A stretch of 56,887 nt of DNA, counting the filler, from Sphacelaria rigidula (lineage: Eukaryota), in NCBI GenBank assembly GCA_964200075.2. It is 6 parts of 6 records of this genome, joined end to end, with 100 filler letters (N's around TTAATTAATTAA, not from the genome) between each part and the next. Parts side by side here need not be neighbours in the genome. Positions count along the whole stretch, not along the records: positions 1 to 9,399 come from CAXNAA020008591.1; positions 9,500 to 18,897 come from CAXNAA020008592.1; 4 more parts are not named here. The stretch is one strand, 5' to 3'. The first letter of the stretch is position 1, and each line of letters starts with the position of its first letter. Under the pieces are notes generated by a model. The model had not been told where the DNA came from and did no database searches. It worked only from the letters and a program-made list of their open reading frames with translations. The position numbers and the translations under genes were made by a program. Positions 1-9,842 of the stretch are shown piece by piece.

Positions 1-449
1 CATCCTCAATGAAAAGCACCATCCTCAACATAGATGATCGGCTGTTATCAGCTTCGCGCAGTGCACGCGCCGCCATGCTCTCATGAGCTTCGGCCCTAGG
101 CTGGCAGTGAATTGGACACCCTGGACGAGAGAATTGCACTCGCACACTTGTAAGTGTACCGTGCACAAGATCGACTTGATGCATAATTTTGCGCAAATCG
201 TACTGGGTACAGTATGGAATCTGTCATCTGTTGCAAAAAAAAACCAAGATTCGATACTGTACGCAGTACTCTTTTTGCTAATCAATGTAGTCCTGTCCGG
301 TGTGCCGAGCGTAAATTGCACCCGTTTCTGGCAATTCCCAAGGAGAATGTGATAAGACCCAAGGTCCGTTCCAGTACTGGCAACATTGAACCTAATGGTC
401 CTAGCGGTTCAGTGCGCCGGGTGGAAATAATTGTACCTGCCTCTGAGCA

Positions 450-714
450 ATACCACGGAAGGGGTGCACTTTTAGCGCCAACCGGTTCAGGGACTCCTAA
501 CAATTCTAGACTCACAACGAGTAGAGTATGCGTCATCAGGGGTTCCCCGTTCGCAATTTTATTCGGGATATCCCTACTCGTTGCACATTGGGATAGTAGC
601 AATCCTGGCGCACTGACACATACTTCGTAAGTCGTGTTTTGGATGAGATTGATTAAGGGCTCCTAACAATTCTAATCTTAGAAAATATTTGTGCACCCTT
701 CCTTACCGTAGCAT
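450..714. mobile_element. MITE family 1 (TIR ATGCTACGGTAGGG..GTGCAC)
   Basis: Imperfect terminal inverted repeats ataccacggaaggggtgcac / gtgcacccttccttaccgtagcat. The interior is homologous, in reverse orientation, to 22788-23039. Confidence 0.65.
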
Positions 715-1626
715 AACTTTTCTGGTGATCAAGAGAAGGTAGATGTCAACACACGCCCAGGAGTGACTCAGCGATAGCCCCCCCTCGAAGCAGCCCCAAA
801 ACTGTCAGGGAGAAAATGGTCATGAAGCGCATCATAACTGGTTTCACACTGAATGAAGTGCTTCATGTGGCGGCGTCGGCGAAAACGATCCCATGCGTGA
901 GAGTTCCCGGCTGCTCGGCTTTTGTCAAGTGGCCTGTGCTTCTCGTCAAGATTTTGCGTCCGCAGTCCAGCCATCATTTTCGTGGGGGGAGGGGAGGGGG
1001 GGGGCGTCGCGGTATCACCCCGACGTTACGGTCAAATATCGGGAACAAAAAACTTCGTGGTTGAATGAGGTTGGCGGTTCTCTTGAGAGGTTACCCGTCG
1101 TGGAGTCGTACCCGTTTCCGGCGTAAGCAGTGAAAATGTCAAGCCTCCGTTCAAATACCGCCAAACGAGGTGCACCTGTCGATCTCTGAAGCTGCTTCTT
1201 GGGGTTTCCAACCATCAAAAAGCTGACTTAGAAGTTCCGCTTCAATACTGCCCGGACGAGTATAATAAGAAAAACGTTCCCCGCTTCACTTCACGTTCAA
1301 CTTCATGCTCTACAACGTTCTCATCCTGATTCAACTACGAGTGATGGTGTAATATAGTCCATCCTAGACTTCGACACCCAAGTCTTGCGCTCATCTTTGA
1401 GGGGTATACAAAAAATCTCAAGTACGCGATCATGTCAATTCAACGCATGAACGCCACGGGCGGCCGAAAGATAGCTCTGGCGCACTACCTTCTCTCATCA
1501 CAACACACGACCTCGAACAAAAAAGCCACCAGGTGGGTATCACGAAGTGGCATCATCATAATAAGAAGGGAAAACTACTGAATGCCTGTCAAGGATTATA
1601 CTTCGTATATATTTCTCCATTTGTCG

Positions 1627-1935
1627 GTCGCCCCGGTGGCTCAGTTTGTTACCTCGAAACCCTCTGACGGTTGGATCGTGGGTTTGAATCTCGGAGCGAT
1701 CTGGGATTTTTCGTACACAATGCCCCACAGTGGAGAGCGACCACGTCGTGGGTACACAAAATTCGACTCAATGGTCGACGAGGAAAATAGACTGCTACAA
1801 CCCTCTCGCGATACCAAAAAAAAAAGCACCGCTTAAGGAAGGTGAAGAAAAACAAACAAGAGAAAACAAACTCCTGTGTTGGCCGTCCTCCTTTACGGCC
1901 CCGGCTCGTGCGCCTTCACGACACACAACACATGT
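1627..1935 (+). mobile_element. tRNA-derived SINE, family A
   Basis: tRNA-like head with A box (ggtggctcagttt) and B box (ggtttgaatc). The body aligns with the reverse complements of 39218-39605, 37680-37893 and 26580-27310. CA-rich tail. Confidence 0.75.
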
Positions 1936-1994
1936 GTTCGCACTCAGCGGTCGGGAGCTTCCATCGTCAAAGGAATGCGACTGACTGAGCAGTA

Positions 1995-2309
1995 AACACG
2001 CGGCCATTTGGCTACCTCCAAAATTCCTCCGGGTGGGTAAACTTTTCGAGCCTCCAGTGGAAATAAACGCCTCCGGAGGGGTGCGCGGAACTCCAGAGGA
2101 GATCTTTTGGTTTCCTCCAGAGGGATTAGCCACCTCCGGAGGGCCGCGCATACCCCCAATTTCCGCTGGGGGGGTGTGCGACCCCCCAGGTCTGTAGTGT
2201 TTGGTTTCCTCCAGAGGGATTGAAGGCCTCCGGAGGCTTGTTTTGTCTCTGGAGAGCTGCGCACATCCCTCCGGAGGCCTTTTGGGGGGTAGCCAAATGG
2301 CTGCGTGTG
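1995..2309. mobile_element. MITE, TA-flanked (Tc1/mariner-like), with internal CCTCCGGAGG repeats
   Basis: TIR acacgcggccatttggctacc / ggtagccaaatggctgcgtgt, with TA on both flanks. Confidence 0.7.
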
Positions 2310-3167
2310 TAACATGGCAAAGATGATCGTTCTCCACGATAAGACAAGACAAACGCACGCAGCACGAACAGACCAGAGGACGTGGATGACGGCTACATTG
2401 TAGCGAGGACTATGGGCAGGGCTGTGCTCTCCGCTACTGAGATCCAGCGGCGACATGCACATGAAGATATCTCATGGATGAGAAGAAGTGAACAAGTGAT
2501 ACCCGTTGATGGAAGATATACTTAAAATGCCCCCGTGTCGGATTGAATCGAAGTAATGCTAGATGATGAAAAAATACCACGCAGGAAAGAAACTCCCGAC
2601 CTACCGGTCTCCAAAGGGTACATCGTCTGTACGTGCTTTTCCCGCGGTATCGCGGAACAAGTAATCCTCTCAAGGTGACCCGAAAGTCTCGACAGAAGAT
2701 TCTTGATGAGCGATCATACCGACACACCCCACGTCTTTCGCAGCTTGGATAAAAGAGCTCCACTCCACATTTTGCATGCAAAAGGGGTCGACCCGACCAT
2801 TGCCATGCCGAACCAGACACGTATGCCCAGGAACGCACATACGAGAGCAGTCAAACAGGTGGTAGCCCACCAAACCCCAGAACATTTGAACAACCGTCGA
2901 CGTACTCAGAACTTGGCTTGCCAACACATAGTTTGAGCTACATGAATAGCCTGAGCCCTCAGAAGCCCGCCCTCCCTGCCCACCAACCGGAGAAAGGAAG
3001 AGTACTGCGAGAAGCGCTCTGGATCCACTTAGTCATGGTCCAGACCCCTTCCCTTCTCCCCCGTGCTCGGGCGAAAACACATGCAGCGTTCAGCAAAGCG
3101 GCATGAGGTCATCATCATCACATCGATCTCCATTCGTCCGTCGTCCTCTTATGATTGGTGCAGACGG

Positions 3168-3365
3168 TCATTGAGAACCTTGACAGCGCGGAATGTCGGG
3201 TTGCGCGTCGTCGGTTTCATCGACGGGTTCGATCGGTCCTCCCCGTAGGCGCAACACCAAGTGCAACGTGTTACCCTCCTCGAGCTGGAAGTCGCTCAGC
3301 TGCTTGTCTGCGCCGCTCAGCTGCTTCCCACCGAAAATTATACGCTGTTGCTCCGGGGGGATGCC
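3168..3365 (-). CDS. Ubiquitin-like protein (sUbi/PUBL-like), last exon: [43 protein letters not shown] plus a 22-aa extension
   Basis: Manual translation. The acceptor aatag|GGC is phase 0 and continues the 4871-4993 exon exactly as in ubiquitin (KE|GIPP). TGA stop at 3168-3170. Confidence 0.9.
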   Translation of the reverse strand, partial: GIPPEQQRIIFGGKQLSGADKQLSDFQLEEGNTLHLVLRLRGGPIEPVDETDDAQPDIPRCQGSQ

Positions 3366-4870
3366 CTATTCCACCAGTGTGAGGTAAGACGGACGTGGGC
3401 AAGAGCGATAACCACAATATGAGAAAAACACGACAGATGACGCGAACCACAAACCAATGCGAATACAAGAAATATACTGCTGCGACACAACAAAATGACA
3501 ACGAAAGTGACAAATATCAAATACCCCATCAACCAAGGGGGGTCGCAGCGTTATTTTCCAGGAGCCATGCTTTCAGAAGCCTGAAATCGAGTTAAATCGA
3601 GGGGAGGGTGGTCATAGTGGTGGTGGGAGAAGGGGAGGGGGGGGGGGGGTATGCTTCGCATTGAACTGTGTTGTTTTTGACGATATCGCCGTTGTCCCAC
3701 CTTGTTTTACACAAGGCAATGAAAAAGCATGCATAGGTGCTGCCGGACCCAAAGGGATGTGAACTTGGATTGGAAACAACTGTGGAGCTTCCGTAATTAG
3801 CCCGGAAAGAAAGGTGATGCTCGGGCGTTGCCTGGGCAACGACATGCGTCTTGACAGGAAAATACCGAAGGAAGATCCATATTCGAGCTGAAAATAAATG
3901 TGAAAAATCGGCATTTGCCCGACAAATTGAGTCGGGAGAGGACGGGGTTTACTCAGGGTTCTTCATGTCGTAGTCACATCATTGATCTCGCATCCCTACG
4001 AAGCCGGGACGGAGAACGTTGGGTTCTCGCTGGACCATGCTCGCAGTCACCAAGCGCGAAGAACCGTCATGTGTTCGGGGAGTCGCATGAAGAGTGAGCA
4101 TTTCATGGGGGGGGGGGGGGTACGACTCCAGGAAGAAAAGATATAGCCCCCCTTGCATCAACTGAAACAACTGGCGAGCACAACTCGCCAATCTTTCAAC
4201 CATGAATATCTTGGCGCCGAAGGGGGACAAACCCAACTGCCGTGGTTGCAAATATTTCGGGATCTTCATGACCCGTTTAGTGTTGAAGCGCAATAGGTCG
4301 GCAGACTCACAGTGGCATGAATGGACTAACATGGGACACTTCGCAGTCGAAGGGTTGGGCATGTTCATACCCATCAACGCCGCTACAGGCTAGACGACAC
4401 GCATACTGGAGCCATCGTAATCCTTCGGGGCGACAGGGGCTTCGCATGGGTGGAGAATAACTCGGAGTACGACAAACGCATGTGTTGATGGCCCGTTTAT
4501 TACCCTCGCGCGCTTCATCAGACAGGGAGACAAAGGGGTGTGTTGTGGAGTATGACAATGCTGCAAGTCTACTAGCGCCCGAATACCCAAAATGATCAAC
4601 GTGGACGTTGATCGGGTTGACTAGTGGTCCTGTTGTCTCGTAAAACAAAGCCGCTACTTCGCTGACAAGTGTTCAAGGCGATATGTTCGATCCTTCCGGT
4701 ACTAGAAGGTGAGGCAAGCGGGTGCAACAAGCACAAGTTTGATAACCAGCATCTCGTCGTAAGTAGAGTCCCTGGATTCTCAGTATCGATGGACATCAAA
4801 CCCAAGCCGGCTTACGGTGCAAGCGCATAGATGCATCGGAAACATTCGAGCCAAAAAACGCCTCTGTCAC

Positions 4871-4993
4871 CTCCTTCTCCTGGATCTTGTGCTTCAGCGT
4901 CTCGATCGAGTCTCCAGGCTCCACGTCAACAGTTACTGTTTTCCCGGTTAACGTTTTGACGAACAGTTGCATACCTCCGCGCAGGCGCATCAC
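4871..4993 (-). CDS. Ubiquitin-like protein (sUbi/PUBL-like), internal exon [41 protein letters not shown]
   Basis: Clear N-terminal half of ubiquitin. Acceptor aaaaag|GTG, donor GAG|gtgaca. The upstream exon(s) could not be resolved. Confidence 0.9.
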
Positions 4994-5490
4994 CTTTTTT
5001 CGGAGTTTATTTCGTTGAGCGCGAGCATAGGAGGGAGATGGGAGGAGAAAGTGCGCCGTGGAGGACGGACAACAGCGAGGAAAAAATAAGAAAAAAATAT
5101 ATATGGCGGTGAGACAAATGAATTCCTTGCGTAATTGCTTTTTTCACATCAGCCTTGGTGAAAAAAACGGCACGCCTGAGTTGAAAAACTGTAGCGGGGC
5201 AAATGCTGCACACCCAAAGATCCAAAAAACCATTCGCAGCCACAGGTTTGATATTAGAATGCTCCATCAGACACCCTTGTAGACATCGATTCGACACACG
5301 CTGTCACCTTGAACAGTGTGAAAAAGATGAAGGGACACATTACTGAAGTCCACTGATCAGTCGATGCGATACTCGGACGAGGTGAGTGCCGATTAGACGA
5401 AAAACCGATAGAAACAGTAGCGGCCCGACCATCAGAATCTACTTCGTAAAGGAATCAGGCGGAGATCAACGAACAAAGTGTTCAGCCTTG

Positions 5491-5821
5491 GGCCGCTCCT
5501 TGTAGTACACAGAAGCGAAAATCTGGAACAGTGCCTTTTTGGAGCTTCCGCGTCGTTCTACACCCCGAAAGGAAGCCAGCAATTTTCTCTGGACTTGGCT
5601 GTTCTTTACCGTCTTTGAACAAAAGCTCTTGTTCGGCCAAAATGAAAACTGCGGCCACCGGAAAACGGGGAGATGTCCTGGAAGCGCCTCAACTAGTAAA
5701 GCAAGTCACTCCAAGGTGTCAAACCTCGCCTAGCTCTCTTTTGGGGTGTAGAACGACGTAAAAGTTAAAAAAGGACACTTTAACAGATTTTCTTCATTCT
5801 TGTCTGTTATGAGGAGCGGCC
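5491..5821. mobile_element. PIF/Harbinger-like MITE family 2 (GGCCGCTCC TIR), internally deleted copy
   Basis: TIR ggccgctccttgtag / ttatgaggagcggcc with ttg/tta flanks. Homologous to 36023-36486. Confidence 0.75.
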
Positions 5822-6311
5822 TTAGGGCAGACCGCCACCCTGGAATCCAGTACAGTTAGTCATGATCAAGTCATGATCAAGCTTCACATCAGATGAGCTC
5901 AGGCTGAGCTGGCGCTTCAGTTTTTTTATGGGCGGCCTGTTGATGTATATGATACTAAAATCAACTAATCTTCATATTACAATGAACCCGAGTGGCAAAA
6001 TCGGACGCCGAAATTACGCTCCAGATGGAGGATGGTGTACATCCTAATTCTAATGGTTTGTGATTTTTGAACTCGCCCTATCGCTGGCGGGTACCCGACA
6101 GCCAAACTCGGTGCGGACCGGCGGTCAGAGACATGGTGCCGGCACCTCGTAATTCGCCTCCCCAATGCTACTGCTAGCTCGCCGCGACGGAGTCGCAACG
6201 TCGGGAAGCAACACAAGCTGCACAACTGTTTTTCAACGACCCGCGCCTTCGTGTGTGAAGCTTCATACCAGCCAATTTGCGACAGTGATGAATCGTATAC
6301 TGTTCTTCATT

Positions 6312-6630
6312 GCACCCCGGTGGTGTAACAGGCCCGACTGTCGCCATCAGGGTGCAGAGAACGAGGGTTCGACTCCCGATGCGTTGGGTATTCTTCTTCG
6401 CAATATCCTGTTTCCACCGTGGAAAGCGTGAGGACGTGAGTAAACGAATCACTCTACTGAGTTTGTTTGAGGTGAGTTGACGCGGTGCGGGAGTGCTGAC
6501 CCAACCCACGAGACCAAAGTGCAAGGCGTGTACCGGGGAGAGATGGGTTGATCCCTCGAGACCACGGATTAGTGCCGAGGAAGTGGAGGGGTTCAAAGTG
6601 CGAGACAAAAATAATGAATAATAAATAATG
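6312..6630 (+). mobile_element. tRNA-derived SINE, family B
   Basis: Head ccccggtggtgtaa...ggttcgactccc. Aligns over its full length with 45010-45337. A-rich tail. Confidence 0.75.
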
Positions 6631-8302
6631 ACAAACCAAAATGCATAATACGTTATGGGCACATCAGACACGATTTATTGGATGTGCTACTATTCGTGAT
6701 GTACCAGCGAAATGTCCACCAATAAGAGACGCGTTGTCACCTCTTTCTCGAGAAAACTACGATTTTTCGTAATAGCACCCTCCACCCAACGAAAGTGATA
6801 TTATATAATGTGGGCCAAACGCCACAAAAAGTGATTTTACAACATGTGATGTTGATACTGCGGGCGCAGAAGCTCAAATACATGCCGATGACATTGAAAA
6901 AGTACACAGGCGTACGTGCTAGTGCTATACATATCCGTGCCTATCTCAGGCGGCGATTCTACGCACATGTCGCGAGCTGCAGCACTTTTGCCCGCAGCTA
7001 GTGCCGTGGCTTTCCCGACAGAAGAATGGTGAGCCGGTGAAGCGGCCTCTGTGGACAGCGCCGTCGACCACGGTGTTGAGCATTGATGCGCGTCATGGGG
7101 GGAATATAAAGACAAGAGTCTGCGTCCACCTCGCTTCATCTTTGATAGGGATACCTGATTGAATATATGTTACACAGGACCCTCGCCTTCTGCATTTCTC
7201 CTCCGGCACACGGCGCGTGTGTCAGCAACAACGTGATCGCTGTATTGATGCATGAATGTGCAAATATGCCCACTAAAACTGCCAGCATTTAGACCAGTGT
7301 TCCCACCCCTACGATGAAAATTCATGCTCGATTATGCTACTTGCTGACACGCTATCCTATTTATGCCATCAAGCAGGAATTATGCCGGAAATCATGCTAC
7401 CACAATAACGACAAGTCTAGAAAAAGGATACAGGCTGGTTCAGGGCAAATGCCTAAAATTCATTCCCCACTAGATTCAGAACGCAAAACTGATCCGATAC
7501 AAACATATTTCGTATCATGGTGACTGACCTCCACGAGCAAACGAACATCGCCATACGTAAAGATCGTTTCTTGCATCCTTCACCGGGGCGCGAGAAGTAA
7601 AAATGATTCTAGGCCAATTAGCGGCCTTCAAATCACTCTGAAATTACCAATGCGAATTTCCGACACAATTTGTACTCGATGGCATCACAAGTCAAACAGC
7701 CTTAATCGCCAATAATTCACTTCAACACAAGAAACAGATTTGAAAGCGGTTTGTACGAGAACGACTTATACCCCAGAACGTGTTTTTTCGGTGATGTGGG
7801 TATTTGTCGTTGTTCCCCACTGATACCATGCATTGAGGTCCCAGAACGCCTCTTGACGTCTCCCCTTGTAACTTTCGTAAAAAAGCCCCGATCATCCTCA
7901 AATTCGGCACTTTGGTAGATATGGGCGGTACGCATGGAAAACCAATAATATTTCGAAGTCTCTCCACTCTTTACCGGCTTCCCGGGGGCCCAGCGTGAGG
8001 ACCCCCCAGAAGTCGGTACAGACTGTCGAAGAAATAATAGATGAGAATTTTACTCGTCCCGAGGTTGTCCAAGGAACGTTTGTACAACGTTTCGTTGCGC
8101 AACTCGAAAAGCTGATCCCAAACGGTTGATACAAGCACAAGCACAAAAGGAACACGTCAGTAGCATACGAGTACCACAATCAAAGAACTTGGGTGTCTCC
8201 GTGTACATTCGTATACTTTGACGCAGACACGACCAATCACTCACGCCTTTTTTTGGAGTTACACCAAGGGCGGATGAAAAAAAATATTCCTGGACCCACA
8301 CT

Positions 8303-8343
<41 letters not shown>

Positions 8344-9105
8344 TTCCTCTCCTTTCTTTCTCTCTTTCCTTTTCTTTTTTTTTTTTTTTTTTTTCTTCTT
8401 TTGTNNNNNNNNNNCCCCTTTTTTTTGTGGGTACACCCAGTGGTAAAAAAAAAAAATTTTCCCCGCCCCCCCCCCCCCCCCCCCCCCCCCCCTCCCAGCA
8501 GCTCTTGATTTGATTTTTTTTCCTTCTCAAACGAGATAAATGTTTATCAGCCTTTAGGGCGTCAGTTGCTCAGCAAGACGTTGTCGAAACAACGCACACG
8601 AGCCGTGCGTGGTTCGTTCGTGTGTTTCATGAATAAACTTGGATGGTGTGCAGTGGTTTAAGCAGTGTTGAGTGTTGTTTTCGATTCATTAATCAATCAT
8701 CATTATAGTTCTCTGATGATCCAAGATGATTCAAGCAAGCAAGTAAAGATGATCACGCCAAATAAATAACGCAGATCCTCCGGCTAAACCCCCTCAGCAA
8801 CACTAGTGCGGCCGTTGCAGTGGTTGCTGCGGTCACAGACGGGTGAAGGGTTTGTCGTTCGTCGCAATTACCCCCCCTCCCCCGCCTCGATATTTTGTCC
8901 CAACTAATTAGTCTCGCCGCGTTTTTGCGAAAAATCCTTGGCTCTGCTTGTTATGGTGTTAGGGTCCCGAACTCTGGTCATCTGACTCACTTAATTGGGT
9001 ATGCTAGGATTCATGATCAGGTTGCATCAAGTAATGGATCAAGCGGGTCATGTTCGCTTACACAGCGTACTTCAAGCCCGGAACCTGATCATGAATCTTA
9101 CCGAG

Positions 9106-9270
9106 ACCGGAACTTTGCATTGAGTATATAGGATTTAGTATGGAACGGGAACCTGCCAGCCTGCTTGGTTGCATTGGGTATATAGGATTTAGCATGGAAC
9201 CGGAACCTGCCAGCTCGCTTGGTTGCATAGAGTATAGGATTTAGTACAGAAACCGGAACCTGCCAGCCCG
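9106..9270. repeat. ~53-bp tandem repeat, about 3 copies
   Basis: Unit resembling accggaacctgccagc..gcttggttgcattgggtatataggatttagcatgga. Confidence 0.75.
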
Positions 9271-9292
9271 GACACGGTCCAAACATTGCTAC

Positions 9293-9335
<43 letters not shown>

Positions 9336-9399
9336 AAAAGAAAAGGAGCGAGTGAGGGGTGTGTGTTTTGTTGCGCACTTGTCTTCGTGACGTTTTGTA

Positions 9400-9499
9400 N
9401 NNNNNNNNNNNNNNNNNNNNNNNNNNNNNNNNNNNNNNNNNNNTTAATTAATTAANNNNNNNNNNNNNNNNNNNNNNNNNNNNNNNNNNNNNNNNNNNN
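9400..9499. other. Artificial contig spacer
   Basis: N44-TTAATTAATTAA-N44, which places stops in all six frames. Confidence 0.97.
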
Positions 9500-9842
9500 A
9501 ACACAAAACAAAAAGAAAAACCCTCACTCCCCCCCCCCCCCCCCCCCCCGCTGGAAGACTGAGTAAGACTATCCACTTTTTGGGTTCAGAATCATTCCTT
9601 TGACACAAACCAAAATGTCTACTCCACGACGGAAGGATCCGGGGGTGCATATGAAGCACATAGTTGCGAGAGTCATAACACAGACGGTGGTGTGGTTGTC
9701 GGCCACCTGGTTGTTACGCCGCATATTTTTGCTGTATAGTCTGTAGTGTATCCTACCGCGGCTCCACGTGCGGTCTGCAGCGTACTGGATCTTACAGTGT
9801 TGAACGTGCCGAAGGTACGCAGTGTGCGTTTGGTATCGCACC

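Noticed and set aside
450-714. Conserved LRR-intron shuffling signal shared with 22788-23039
   Set aside because: Both copies have terminal inverted repeats, and no LRR exon was found near the first copy. An ordinary MITE explains it.
1627-1710. tRNA gene (also 6312, 27235, 39525, 43060, 45010)
   Set aside because: A and B boxes are present, but no convincing cloverleaf forms, and most are attached to a repeated body and tail. These are SINE heads.
4994-5140. In-frame signal/transit-like peptide directly upstream of VMRLRGG
   Set aside because: There is no start codon before the upstream stop, and the hydrophobicity is explained by the intron polypyrimidine tract. Candidate first exons at about 5340-5435 are ambiguous.
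5889-7139. Possible exons of another - strand gene (about 6940-7139, 6146-6217, 5889-5936)
   Set aside because: The splice sites are plausible, but there is no recognisable protein and the phases cannot be confirmed.
8193-8530. Pro/Gly/Lys-rich ORFs
   Set aside because: They are translations of homopolymer runs around an assembly gap.
9106-9270. CRISPR-like array (also 30070-30110, 37200-37300, 51580-51640)
   Set aside because: These are plain tandem repeats with no unique spacers and no cas genes, in a eukaryotic context.
9444-9455. Periodic TTAATTAATTAA motif every ~9.5 kb
   Set aside because: It is an artificial linker embedded in N runs.
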